This document shows positions 23,309-41,176 of a stretch of 50,063 nucleotides of DNA, piece by piece; position 1 is the first letter of the stretch, and each line of letters begins with the position of its first letter. The stretch is from positions 1 to 50,063 of the forward strand of contig CAXHJY010001331.1 of the NCBI GenBank assembly GCA_964016885.1, written 5' to 3'. The notes under the pieces are model-generated. The model was not told the origin of the DNA, did not search any database, and was given only the letters and a program-made list of their open reading frames with translations. The stretch is from Eledone cirrhosa. Its lineage: Eukaryota. The translations under genes were made by a program, and so were the position numbers.

Positions 23309-24690
23309 CAGCATAGCTAGTGAGGGACGTTGTTGTATGTACTACAGAGGGCACATCTGAGAGAGCCACCAAAAACAGTAGTGGTTCCAGGACTGTCCCT
23401 TGGGGCACTCCACTTGTTATTGATGTTTCCTTTGAGAGGACCCCGTTTTCTGCGACTGTCTGGCTTCAGTCCTTTAAGAAGTCATGCAGCCACTCACCTA
23501 CTTTTCCAGTTATGCTGAGTCCGTGTAGTTTGTGACATATCATTCCGTGGTCGACCTTGTCAAAGGCCTTCGCAAAGTCAAGATATATCACGTCCACATG
23601 TGAGCTGTCTAGCAGTTGTTTCAGTACCCAGTCGTAGTGATTAGCAGCTGTGTAAGGCAGCTTCTTCCTGGGTGGAAGCCATGCTGCGTGCGAGTCAGGT
23701 GGTCATTTTCCTTGAAGAAAATGATCAGTTTCTTTCTGACGACTCGCTCCATGACCTTACTGATATGCGGCATCAGGGAGACTGGCCTATAGTTTTTGGC
23801 GTCCGCTCTGCTACCTCCTTTATGGATAGGGCCTATTGTGCCTTCTTTCAGCTTCCTGGGTAGTATACTAGGAGCTTCTGAAGAGCATCTTCAGTGGAGT
23901 TGCTAAGGCCCACTTACATGTTTTTAAGAAGACTGCTGGGAATCCATCAGGTCCAGCAGCTGAGTCTGTTCTAATTTCATCTATGGCGTATACCACATCC
24001 TCCTCCGTTATGTCTAAGTGGTTGATGGTCACTATTTCTTCATGTAGTGTTGTGGCATCAAAGAACTCCTCTGGTTTTGTTATTTGCATGTGCCTCAGTG
24101 GACATGTGAACACACTTTTGTACTGTTCGTTCAGTATATCACATATCTCTTGGGGATTCTCGGTTAATGAACCGTCTATATGGAAGAGTGACCCAATCTT
24201 GCAGTGTACCGAGGCAGTATCTTTTGCAAATTTAAAGAAAGCTTTAGGGTTTGTTTTAATATTTTCTATGGCCCTGCTTTCTTTCTTTGTCCTCTCATTT
24301 TCATGGGAAAGTTTGAGTGCAATCTCGGTGTCAAGTAGTACACATTTCAAATAGGATTCCTTCTTGTTTTCTTGTTGTGCATTCAACTGGTTTGAGAGCT
24401 TGGTTCTACGTCTCATAAGGATTTTCCTATCTCTGGGAATCAGATTTTTGTGTCTGTCTGCCTTTTTCTCCGGGAAAAAATTTTGCATATAGTGTGTATG
24501 GTTGTCATGAAGTGTTGAAATTGTGTGTTGCTGTCTTGTGTGGTGGTGTTTTCACTCCATGTTTGCTTCCGGATTTCTCTCTTGATATTTTTCCAGTTAG
24601 CCTTGTAGAAGTTAAGGCTGGATAAGGTCCCGGTGCTTCTTGATGGTTGTGTCTTACATTGTGGATGAGCACTTCGTTGTTTGTAAAACA
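23309..24690 (-). mobile_element. CR1/L2-group (jockey-like RT) LINE internal fragment, decayed
   Basis: KANW, NIKTNPKAFFKF, SAAGPDGFP from the ORF track; hand translation adds NYRPVSL, QHGF, YLDFAKAFDKVDH and VPQGTVL on the minus strand. Confidence 0.88.
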
Positions 24691-24883
24691 GATATATATA
24701 CATATATATATATATACATATATATATATACATATATATACATATATATATATACATATATATACATATACATATATATACATATATATACATATATATA
24801 TACATATATATACATATATATACATATACATATATATACATATATATACATATATATACATATACATATATATACATATATAT
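24691..24883. repeat. TA microsatellite joining two divergent 5'-truncated LINEs
   Basis: tatatacata repeats between the CR1-group fragment and the RTE copy. Confidence 0.93.
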
Positions 24884-26562
24884 AGAGTTATAGCACAGTT
24901 GATTAGGGACCGGGTGAAAATAGACGAGATGCAATTTGGGTTTGTACCAGGAAGAGGCACCACTGATGCCCTCTTCCTTGTGAGGCAGTTACAGGAAAAG
25001 TACCTAGCTGAAAGTAAGCCACTCTACCTGGCATTCGTCGATCTCGAGAAAGCCTTTGACAGAGTTCCCCATGCTATAATCTGGTGGGCTCTTAGAAAAC
25101 TAGGAGTAGATGAATGGCTTGTGAAAGCTGTACAAGCCATGTATAGGGGAGCAGTCAGCAAAGTTAGGATTAGCAATGAGTATAGCGAGGAATTTAGCGT
25201 ACAGGTTGGGTCCACCAGGGCTCTGTTCTTAGCCCCCAGCTTTTCATCATAGTCCTGCAGGCAATAACGAAGGAGTTTAAGACCGGATGCCCATGGGAAC
25301 TCCTGTATGCTGATGACCTCGTGCTTATAGCTGAATCTATGGTAGAACTAGAGAATAAATTCCAAACTTGGAAGCAGGGACTAGAAAGAAAGGGTCTCAA
25401 AGTCAACCTGACAAAGACTAAGGTCCTTGTAAGTAGACGAGAAAACAGAACCCAGATCCCCTCAGGGAAATGGCCTTGCTCAGTATGTAGGAAAGGTGTA
25501 GGTAGGAACTCCATTCTCTGCCCCAAATGCAAACAATGGGTACACAAGAGATGTAGCGGGATCTCAGGAAGCTTAATTAAGAATGTAGGCTTCACATGCA
25601 GCAGCTGTGCTGGGACAGCAAGCAGCAAACAGCCACAGAAAACAAGTACCACCAATCTCTGGGAGGGCTCTGTAGAAACAGTAGACAGCTTCTGCTACCT
25701 AGGTGACTGAATTAGCAGCGGAGGTGGGTGTTCAGAAAGTACAATAACTAGGGTAAGAACGGGATGGAAAAAGTTTAGGGAACTACTACCACTGCTAGCT
25801 GCAAAAGGCTTCTCCCTCAGAATGAAAAGCAGACTGTATGATACGTGTATCCGAACAGCGATGTTGCATGGTAGTGAGACCTGGGCGCTGAAGGTGGAAG
25901 ACTTACGTAGATTAGAGAGAAATGAAGCCTGCATGCTCCGATGGATGTGTAACAGTAATATACGTGAACGACAAAGCATAAATGAATTGAGAGAGAGACT
26001 GAGCATAAAAGGAATCAAATGCTGTGTGCAGGAGAGGCGGTTGCGCTGGTATGGACATGTGAAGTGTATGAAGGATGACAGCTGCATAAAAAGGTGCAGA
26101 GCACTAGAAGTCGATGGAAACCGCGGAGTGGGGAGACCCAAGATGACCTGGGATGAGGTGATAAAAGCTGAGCTTACCCAATTACACCTCTCAAAGGCAA
26201 TGACATACGACCGTGACCTCTGGCGTCACGCAGTAATACAGAGTACCCGACCTCCCATGGGTACTAGCTGAAGCATATAGACAATATGCCCCCCCACCGC
26301 AAGGTGGTTGTGGAGGTGCCACGGCAAAAAAGCACCCAGCCCACACTGTAAAGTGGACGTGTAGGCGCCACGAAAAAGCACCGAGCACTCACTGTAAATG
26401 AGGTTGGTGTTAGGAAGGGCATCCAGCTATAGAAATAAAGCCAAATCAGTTCCTGTATGAGCAGGGCATGGTCAGCCGACCAGACACTGCCCACAACAGG
26501 ACAACCCGTCTAACCCATGCTAGCGTGGAAGAACGGACGTAAAACGGTGGTGATGATGATGA
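24884..26562 (+). mobile_element. RTE-clade LINE, subfamily B, 5'-truncated with intact 3' end
   Basis: [29 protein letters not shown] region, WPCSVC...C..C...H..C insert, HGSETW, RRLRWYGHV; 3' UTR ends ggacgtaaaacggtgg(tga)n. Confidence 0.93.
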
Positions 26563-31130
<4,568 letters not shown>

Positions 31131-31476
31131 ATAATGTATAATAAACAATACAATATAATTACCTCATTACCATAGGTTTCCCGAATAAGACGAATACGAA
31201 AGAAACGTCGTCATTTGTTCGTCGAACGAGGCAATATAAAACATAGTGAAATATTTGGAAAGTCTCCTCAAGAAATGCAAAAAAAATATATATATATGAA
31301 TAAAAGTAATACAATAGACATATAAAATATATAAAAAAATGTATAAGGAAATATAGTTAGGTGTGTGTACATGTATGTATATACACTCATAAATGTACGT
31401 ATGTATGTATGTAAAAATGCGTGCGTATGGTGAAAATGTGTGCGTAAATATATATGTGTGCGCAAGTATATTTGTG

Positions 31477-31526
31477 TATATGTAACCACAAATACGGATA
31501 TAGCATATATCCGTATTTGTGGTTAC

Positions 31527-31531
<5 letters not shown>
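31477..31531. repeat. Perfect hairpin (26-bp arms, 3-nt loop)
   Basis: tatatgtaaccacaaatacggatata-gca-tatatccgtatttgtggttacatata. Confidence 0.95.
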
Positions 31532-31557
<26 letters not shown>

Positions 31558-31579
31558 CATATATATATATACATATACA

Positions 31580-31629
<50 letters not shown>

Positions 31630-31733
31630 CATATATACATATATATATATATACATAATATACATATACATATATACATATATATATATACATATATATA
31701 TATATACATATATATATACATATATATATATAC

Positions 31734-31780
<47 letters not shown>

Positions 31781-32023
31781 CATATATATACATATACATA
31801 TATATATATACATATATATATATACATATATATATATACATATATATATATACATATATATATATACATATATATATATATACATATATATATATACATA
31901 TATATATACATATATATATATATACATATATATATATACATATATATATATACATATATATATATACATATACATATATATATATATACATATATATATA
32001 TACATACATATATATATATATAC

Positions 32024-32063
<40 letters not shown>

Positions 32064-32594
32064 ACATATATATTACATACATATATATACATATATATAC
32101 ATACATATATATACATATATATAATACATATATATACACATATACATATATATACAATATATACATATATATATACATATATATATACATATATATATAC
32201 ATATTATATATACATATATATATACAATATATATATATACATATATATATATACATATATATATACATATATATATATACATATATATATACATATATAT
32301 ATATACATATATATATATACATATATATATATACATATATATATATACATATATACATATATATATACATATATATATATACATATATATATACATATAT
32401 ATATATACATATATATATATACATATATATATATACATATATATATATACATATATATATACATATATATATATACATATATATATACATATATATATAT
32501 ACATATATATATATACATATATATATACACATATATATATACACATATATATATACATATATATATATACATATATATATACATATATATATAC

Positions 32595-32625
<31 letters not shown>

Positions 32626-32692
32626 CATATATATATATATACATATATACATATATATATATATATACATATACATATACATATATATATAC

Positions 32693-32723
<31 letters not shown>

Positions 32724-32732
32724 CATATATAC

Positions 32733-32763
<31 letters not shown>

Positions 32764-32998
32764 CATATATATATATATACATATATACATATATATATAT
32801 ATACATATACATATATATACATATATATATACATATACATATATATATATACATATACATATATATATATATACATATATACATATACATATATATATAT
32901 ACATATATATATATATACATATATATATATACATATATATATATACATATATATATATACATATATATATATACATATATATATATACATATATATAT

Positions 32999-33045
<47 letters not shown>

Positions 33046-33048
33046 CAT

Positions 33049-33079
<31 letters not shown>

Positions 33080-33109
33080 ATATATACATATATACATATA
33101 TATATATAC

Positions 33110-33150
<41 letters not shown>

Positions 33151-33196
33151 TATATACATATATATATATACATATTATATATATATATATATATAT
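31532..33196. repeat. Degenerate (TA)n microsatellite tract
   Basis: TA with C interruptions on +. Confidence 0.96.
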
Positions 33197-33514
33197 GTTT
33201 CTTTTTTTTGCCACAAAGGGCATCAAAAGTTGTACTTACAATGGGGGGAATTTACAAAACAAGGCGTCCTCAATAGGGAGGAGGCAATAACAAGATATAA
33301 AAATAAAATAAAATATAACAAAAAATAGAATTATAACAAAATCCTCAATAGAGGATTTTGTTATAAAATATAACAAAAAATAAAATTAATAACAAAATCC
33401 TCAATAGAGAGGAGGCGCCTTGGGGGGTCGCACACACCCCTCGAAAAAAGTGTGCAACCCTTTTCCTCAGGAGCACAGAGAGGGGGTGCTCCCTCGTTCC
33501 TTCCTCTTTTCCAC

Positions 33515-36500
33515 CTACAGGCTCATGTAAAGAGAAGGCCCATTCACACGGGCCATTCTCGCCACTTTCACCCACCTTTCATAAAAACGACTGGGGTGCA
33601 GCACCTCTCTCTCCATCCTGATCCTTCTTCCGAAATGATATTGGAAGAAACGGACCAGTTGTTGGCCAGAGAGAAAGGTGCCTGACCTCAGTCCTTTCAG
33701 ACGCGTCCACCATACAACCTCTTTCGCCATGGCTATTATGCACAGAAACACCGCCTCTGCTTCATCTTTGAAGGGGGGAGGCGCCTTGATCATTACAATA
33801 GACTCGGTGGTCAACCGGATAGGTCCCACCCTTGACAGCAGTTGTTCGACATAGCCCCACAGATCGGCTACGCCCGAGCAGTGTACCAATGCGTGTGCAA
33901 CGGTTTCCTCGTCGCACACGCATCTGGGACAGATCTTTTTGGCGGGGTCCCTACCCGGGCGCCCGTGTCTGTAGAGCCTTTCTCGAACGGGTAAAGCTCC
34001 TCGGTAGCACTGCCAGGCCAGGGACTTCTGGAAGTTGTCCATAGGTCCCGGGCTGAATGTCCTACCGAACAGGCTGGCCAGTTCGTCCTCCTCCATGTCT
34101 AGGGCTTCTCCGAGGGCGTCGTCGCACCTGCTGCGTACCAGCCCGCTATAGAATGTTGCGGTGGAGTCTCCACTGATAACCGGATCCACCTGCCAGAGGG
34201 CGGTGAGCGCCTGGGCACACTCAGTGTGCCAGGCGCCCAGTTTTCTCGGTCTTTGCTTGACCCAGGATTGCAGCTCGGTGAGTGAGACGAGTCTGGGAAA
34301 GGTTCGTCTCACAAACGAGGCTCACACCGGTTGTCCGGTGAGGAATACGTAGAGGTGCCGTAGCCTTAATGCGTGTTTACGCATCATTAGCCACGGCATC
34401 CCCAGCCCTCCTTTCGAAGGGTGTTGACAGCAGATGGATCTCCTCACCATAGGAGCCCGCCTCTTCCAAAGGAATTGGAAGAGCGCGCGCTCCATCTTGG
34501 TGAGGGTTCGGTCAGGCGGTAGTAGATGACGGACGCTATGTAGGTGTTCGCCACCTCCGCCCGACCTTTCAGGGATAGTTTGCAACTGGCCCACTTCTGG
34601 GTCAGTGCAAACACCCTGTTCGTAACCTCTGCCCAGTTTTTCTCCACCTGGAGGTCCGGTCCGAACCAGACCCCGAGCAACTTCACCGGGCCCTCCGTCC
34701 AGCGTCCGACGACGCCATCGGAGGGCATCGGTCTGCCCCTCCACGTGCCGAGTTGCAAACCGATCGACTTGTCCCGGTTCAGCTTAGCCCCTGTGAACTT
34801 TTCGTACTCCTCCAGTAAGGTGCCGACCGCCTCGATTTCGGAGGCCATCGACACCATTACTGTCACGTCATCGGCGTAGGGCGACACCGCTTTCCGCAAT
34901 CCCGGTTCCAAAGGGATGCCCTGCAACAACTCCAACTTCCGCAGTAGTGGCTCAAGAGTCAACACATACAGAAGGGAGGAGAGAGGGCACCCTTGTCGGA
35001 TGGACCGCGCGATTTGAACGGCTCCGAGAGGTAGCAGTTCACCTTGACCCTAGAGCAGATGCGGCTGCTGTGCATAGCAGTGATCCAGCCCCCTGAAAAC
35101 GGGTCCGAAGCCTGCCGCCGCTAGCACCGCATCCAGGTAACCATGGTCGACCCTATCGAACGCCTTAGATTGATCCAAGTTGATCAGAGCCCCACCAAAG
35201 CCGGGTTCGTTCCCAACCCTCTCTATGATGTATCGCATGAGGTGGAGGTTGTCATGGATGGACCTGGACGGGATAGCGCATGTCTGCGCATCTCCCACCA
35301 GGTTGCCCACGACAAGCGCCAACCTCTTTGCTAGCACCTTGGCCAAAATCTGTAACTCTGTATTTAGCAGAGTTATGGGCCTGAAGTTACTTATTTCGTC
35401 CCCCTTGTTCTCGTCCTTCCTCACTAGCGTGACTACGCCCTTGTCACAGTACAGGGAATTCTCCCGTTCTGTTGCCAGTTGCGGTAGACCGCCTCGAGGA
35501 GATCGGGGAACAAGTCCGGCATAGCTAGATATAATTCGTAAGGAAGACCATCGAGACCCGGGGATTTGCGTTTGCCGCATTGGCTCAGCACGTCCTCTAT
35601 CTCAGCGGCCGAAATCGGCTCCTCGCAGGACTTCGCCTCCCTGTCCGAGAGGCGCGGCAGGCCGTCGAGGTATGGACCGAAGTCCACGTTCCCAACCGGC
35701 TCCCCGCCCCTCCCGAACAGTCGGGCAAAGTGCCTTTGAAAGGCCTCACACATCTGCTTAGGCTCAAGAATCGCCCGTCCATCCAGGTCTCGCAAAGACC
35801 GGATGGTGGATTTAGTTCCACTGTTGGCCTCTGTCACGCGGGCCCAGCTAACAGCTTTGGTCCCCTCGTTCCCTAGAGCACGTATTTTACTTCGGACAAC
35901 GCAGCCTTCGTGCTTCTCGTCGAAAAACTGGCTCAAAGCCGTTCTCGACGCTAGCACTCTGGCCACGTCGCCGCATCTAATTGCCTCTTCTACTCTATCT
36001 ATTAGCTCCCTTTCCTTCCTATTCCTATCCGCAGCTAGAACCTTACTAAATTCTATCGAGACTACTCTAATCTCTCTCTTTAGAGATACCCACCACCTGC
36101 TGTTGACGATCGCTCCAGTCAACCGTTCCTTAACTAACGTACTAATCCGATTCCTGTAGGCTCTACTTGCCGGCAAGGACAAGTTGAGCTTCCAGTAACC
36201 GGGGCCCTGTCTATGAGTTCTGTCAAGGTTGACCATGCAGGTCACTAATTTGTGGTCTGAATAGCCAACCATGCGCATTTTTGGACAACTTAAAAGTCCT
36301 TATCCTTAATTCTAACTAAGAACCTATCTAGGTACGACCTAGATGATCCGCTACGATTTGCCCAAGTCCAGGTTGGCGCAGTCGGAAAATCTAGTCGATA
36401 TCTATCGGCCAGGTCAAATCGACCGATTAACCCTTTGAGGCTATTACACCCCTCTCTATCGGGGCAGGCCCCTACGTAGTCCCAGCGTGCATCTAGGATA

Positions 36501-36931
36501 CCATTCTAGTCCCCCACTAATAGCAAGGAGCGGGACGTCCCTAGAAAAGTCTCCAGACGATGGAAGAAGTCCGGCCGCATTGACCCGAAAGGGCCGTAGG
36601 CGGCTACCAACCTAAACGCTCCGCCTTTACCACTGCCAAGGTCCAGAACCACTAGTCGACCCTCCGGGTCCAAATGTACCATCTGTGTTGCGAGACCCAG
36701 ATGTTTTTGCAGCAGAACGACAACTCCACCCCCACCTCCGGGCTGACAGAGAGATGCGTGCATCTCAAAGTCATCAAAGGCGGGGGCCAGCTGTCGCACG
36801 TTGCTGATCCGGGCCTCGCAAATAACCATCACATCTATACGTTGTGACCTGAGGTCATTTAGAAGCATTACTTGCTTCCAAGTTGAGCCCAGGCCACGCG
36901 CATTTAAACAGCCTACTCTTAGCATAGCCAT
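33515..36931 (-). pseudogene. Tx1-like ORF2 (APE + RT + zf-RVT), multiple frameshifts
   Basis: LNARGL, ICEA, LLVGD, SDHKLV, GPGYWKLN, KSPGLDGLPYELY, NFRPITLLN, LDQSKAFDRVDH, PYADD, CPRC...ETVAHALVHC. Confidence 0.9.
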
Positions 36932-36955
36932 GTTGGTGGTGAAGAGAAAAGGCAC

Positions 36956-38361
36956 TTACCTCTCTGCGTCCCGGGTATCGGGCTGCACAATTTCCATTAG
37001 GGTGGGGATTGGGTTGTTGGGTGGGGTGGTGGTTTGTGGAAGTGTGGGGGCATCAGTGTGTTGTGTGGTTGGGGAGCTTGGAGTTGTGTGGGTGTTTGGG
37101 GAGGGGGTGGGATAGTTTTTTAGGAGGACGCGGTTAATGGGCCCGACGCAGGGGGGACCCACGTCCTCTTTAAAATTGTTTTTTAAAGTTTTATAGGTGT
37201 CCTGTGGGGCCTTAATCATTTTGAGGTGGGGGAAATCCCCTGCCTGGGTGAAGTTAGGCCCTTGTGTTTTTATTAGATTGTTGTTGTACACAATGTTTAA
37301 CAGTTTTTTGTTTCTTGTGTTTATGTATGTGTATGCATGTTTTTGTTTTTGTGTGGTGTTTTTTGTTTGCTGTTGTTGTGAGCTCTTTTGTGTTGGTGTC
37401 AGTGTTATGTTTTGGGGAGGGTTTTTTTTCATTTGTGTGTCTGAGGTGTGTTTTCTTTTTTTTCTTTTGATTGTGTGGAAGTGCTCCTCCTCGTCTGACG
37501 ACGAACTAGGGTCATCTTCCGCGTTGGAGGGGAGGGGTATATGTTTTTTGAGTGGAGGGGATGGGTTGGACATTGTTTTGTTTTGGTTTGAGCTGTGGTG
37601 GTTGTTTTTGTAGTGGTAGTTGTGGTGATTGTGTTGGTTGTGCAGTTGTTGGTGGTGTAGGCAGGGATTGGGGTTTTCTTATTAAGTTGGGGACAGACAG
37701 CCCTCAGGTGACCTCTGGTTCCGCAGAGGTAACACGAGGGCCGTCTACCCTCAACGGTAATGTTGATGAAGGTTAGATCATCCAGTATGACGCGTTCAGG
37801 GATCTGGGCGATCCTTTCGGGCCTCATTTGAACTACAAGTTCGAGGCTCGTTCCACTGAACGCGTCACCCGATGCCTTTCCCATGGACACCAGCATGTCA
37901 TCCTCCAGGTCCAGAAAACCTGTCAAAACCCACCATGTGTCCATAATCGGCAGGATGGTGTGGATTTTTATTTTTTGTGTTCTTCTACCCATGTACGTAG
38001 GGTAGAAGGTGTATGCGGTGGATGTGATTGGTTTGATGGACAGTTTCACTGCTGTGTCCCTGTCCTTCATGAGAATGGATAGACTCCCGTAGAGTCTATC
38101 CTTCTGAATGAAGGTGATGTCCTTCATGACGTCTTTTAAAACCAGCTCTATCTCGCTCTGTGATGGTTGAGCTGGTTTTTTACTTTTGTTCGAGATTGTC
38201 CTAAACATGACCGTGTTTAGGAGTCTCTGGCTTTTTAGTTCCGGGGGGGAATGGATTGTGAATGAACCATTTTCTCCGTACACTATATATTTTTTCGCAT
38301 CCGCCAGTAGCTCCTTCGCTTTGGTTATATCTACTGGCAGATAGTCGAGGGTTTTCCTCAT
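36956..38361 (-). pseudogene. Tx1-like ORF1 (gag-like, zinc knuckle) with low-complexity C-terminal part
   Basis: VEGRRPSCYLCGTRGHLRAVCP knuckle; T/P/K-rich tail and KRKKRK continue in a second frame (37573-36956). Confidence 0.8.
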
Positions 38362-38370
38362 ATGACTCCA

Positions 38371-38577
38371 GTTCCCCAGTGAATTAACAACCCAACAAGG
38401 AACTGGGCATATCAGAGTATTGACAATATCATACACCTAAACAACATATGTACTTGTCTATACCATACTAATTCAAACTGCCTGAAGAGGTCACAGCCAA
38501 AGATGGCTGTCACTGAAATATATATAGCAGTAATAAACGAAGCTAAATTTTAATCATTTGACTTTTATTTAACTTTA
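38371..38577 (+). mobile_element. PLE 3'-end remnant (ORF tail + pLTR with hammerhead)
   Basis: Reads FPSELTTQQGTGHIRVLTISYT* (weak resemblance to PLE endonuclease C-termini), followed ~35 bp later by a hammerhead and AATAAA. Confidence 0.6.
38477..38531 (+). ncRNA. Minimal type-I hammerhead ribozyme
   Basis: actgc-CTGAAGA-ggtcacagcc-aaagat-ggctgtcact-GAAA-TATATATA-gcagt; perfect 5-bp stem I, 10-bp stem II with one C-C mismatch and a G-U closing pair, palindromic TATATA stem III, AUA triplet. Confidence 0.82.
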
Positions 38578-38629
38578 TTATATACATATATATATATATA
38601 CATATACATATATATATATACATATATAC

Positions 38630-38664
<35 letters not shown>

Positions 38665-38706
38665 CATATATACATATATATATATACATATATACATATA
38701 TATATA

Positions 38707-38774
<68 letters not shown>

Positions 38775-38812
38775 TACATATATATATATACATATATATA
38801 TATACATATATA
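38578..38812. repeat. TA microsatellite tract
   Basis: TA with C interruptions on +. Confidence 0.95.
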
Positions 38813-40930
38813 AGAAGGTAGCTTGGAAGTGTCACTATGAAAGGCTACTAAATGAGGAGAATAAATGGGAGAAAGACAGTCTCCCCCATGTCGACCCAAT
38901 AGAGGGACCAGCAGTGTTAGTCGAGGGGAGTATAATAAGTAAGGCAATCAAGGATATGAAGACAGGTAAGGCGGCTGGGCCTTCGGAAATAGTTGCTGAG
39001 ATGCTGAAGGCATCTGGCACGGTGGGACACACCATGGTCACCCGCATAGTTAACCAAGTCGTACAGAATGGGGTTGTTCCGAAGGACTGGCATAGCAGCA
39101 TCATCGTTAACTGTTATAAGGGTAAAGGAGACGCCCTAGATAGGAGTAACTATAGAGGCATTAAATTAATCGACCAGGTCATGAAGGTCACGGAAAAAGT
39201 AATAGCGCAACTAATCAGAGAGAGAATTGACCTAGATGAAATGCAGTTCGGGTTTGTGTCAGGCAAAAGTACCACAGATGCTCTTTTCATAGTACGACAA
39301 CTACAGGAGAAGTTCCTAGCTAAAGGTAAACCCCTCTGCTTAGCTTTTGTCGACTTGGAGAAAGCCTTCGACAGAGTCCCCCGCTCCATTATCTGGTGGG
39401 CTCTTAGAAAACTAGGCGTTGACGAATGGCTTGTGAGGGCTATACAAGCCATGTATAGAGAAACAGTCAGCAAGGTTAGAATTAACAACGAATATAGTGA
39501 AGAGTTTAGCGTAAAAGTTGGCGTCCATCAGGGCTCTGTTCTCAGCCCCCTACTATTTATTATTGCCCTTCAGGCTATAACAGAGGAGTTCAAGACAGGC
39601 TGCCCATGGGAACTCCTATACGCAGACGACCTGACACTCATAGCGGAATCAATGGTCGAGCTAGAGAAGAAATTCCAAACATGGAAGCACGGCCTAGAGT
39701 CAAAAGGACTTAAAATTAATCTGGCTAAGACCAAAGTTCTAGTTTGTAGGAAAGAAAACAAGGCGGCGGTCCCTTCTGGGAAATGGTCGTGCTCGGTGTG
39801 TAGGAAAGGTGTAGGTAGAAACTCCATTTTATGTCCTAAATGCAAAGTATGGGTGCATAAAAGATGTAGTAGGATCACAGGTAAGCTAACTAAGAACATA
39901 GATTTTACATGTGGCCGGTGTTCTGGTGCAATAAGTAGCAGCAAGTGCCCACAAATACTAGCTCTTTCAATTGCGCAGAGGGTTCTATAGAAATAGTGGA
40001 CAGCTTCCGTTACCTGGGCGATAAAATCAGCAGTGGGGGAGGTGCTCTGAAAGTACTGTAGCTAGAGTCAGAACTGGTTGGAAAAAGTTCAGAGAGCTTA
40101 TACCACTATTAGCTGCTAAAGGGTTCTCCCTAAAAATGAAAGGCAGGTTGTACGATGCCTGCATACGAACAGCAATGTTGCATGGCAGTGAGACCTGGGC
40201 ATTGTGTGCAGAGGATATACGCAGGCTAGAGAGGAACAAAGCTTGCATGCTCCGCTGGATGTGTAACAGTAATATACGTGAACGGCAAAGCATAAACGAA
40301 CTAAGGAAAAAATTAGAGATAAGAGGGATCAGATGTTGTTTACTCGAGAGAAGGCTACGTTGGTATGGACATGTGATGCGCATGAAAGTCGACAGCTGTA
40401 TAACAAAGTGCAGGGCAATAAAGATAGACGGTAGCCACGGAATAGGCAGACCTAGAAAAACCTGGGACGAGCTGATAAACTCCGACCTCACACACTTACA
40501 CCTCTCCAAGACAATGTCACTGGACCGAGACCTTTGGCGGTACTCAGTAACAGAGAAGACCCGCCTTGCCAGTAGGCATCTCTAACAAAATACACCCCGT
40601 CCCGCCACCACCCCCACCCATCCACACCACCCCGTCCTATGTAAAGTTATGTTGGTGCCGCGCCATCCAGGCCGAAACAAATGAGATCGTGTAGGTGTCA
40701 ATACAAAAAAACACACAGTCCACGCTGTAATGTGGCCGTGTAGGCAACACGGTAAAAACCTCCCAGACCCACACTGTAAATATGGTTGGTGTTAGGAAGG
40801 GCATCCAACTGTAGAAAACCTGCCAGACAGTCCTATGCGAGCAAGACAATCACTCTTGCCTCAAGTGGGACTACCCCCGTCCAAACCCATGCAGGCGTGG
40901 AACACGGACGTTAAACGTTGATGATGATGA
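38813..40930 (+). mobile_element. RTE-clade LINE, subfamily A, 5'-truncated with intact 3' end
   Basis: 358-aa RT ORF ([29 protein letters not shown]-like insert), C-terminal piece 40136-40585, 3' end ggacgttaaacgt(tga)n. Confidence 0.95.
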
Positions 40931-41077
40931 TATATATATATACATATATATATACATATACATATATATATACATATACATATATACATATATATATATT
41001 AATATACATATATATATACATATACATATATACATATATATATATATACATATATATACATATACATATATATATAC

Positions 41078-41112
<35 letters not shown>

Positions 41113-41129
41113 CATATATATACATATAC

Positions 41130-41176
<47 letters not shown>

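Larger units (their letters stand above)
33197..38370 (-). mobile_element. Near full-length Tx1/L1-clade non-LTR retrotransposon, frameshifted
   Basis: ORF1 with CX2CX4HX4C knuckle; ORF2 with APE endonuclease, RT and C-terminal Cys/His motif; A-rich 3' end (tttcttttttttg on +) next to a TA tract. 5' boundary approximate. Confidence 0.92.
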
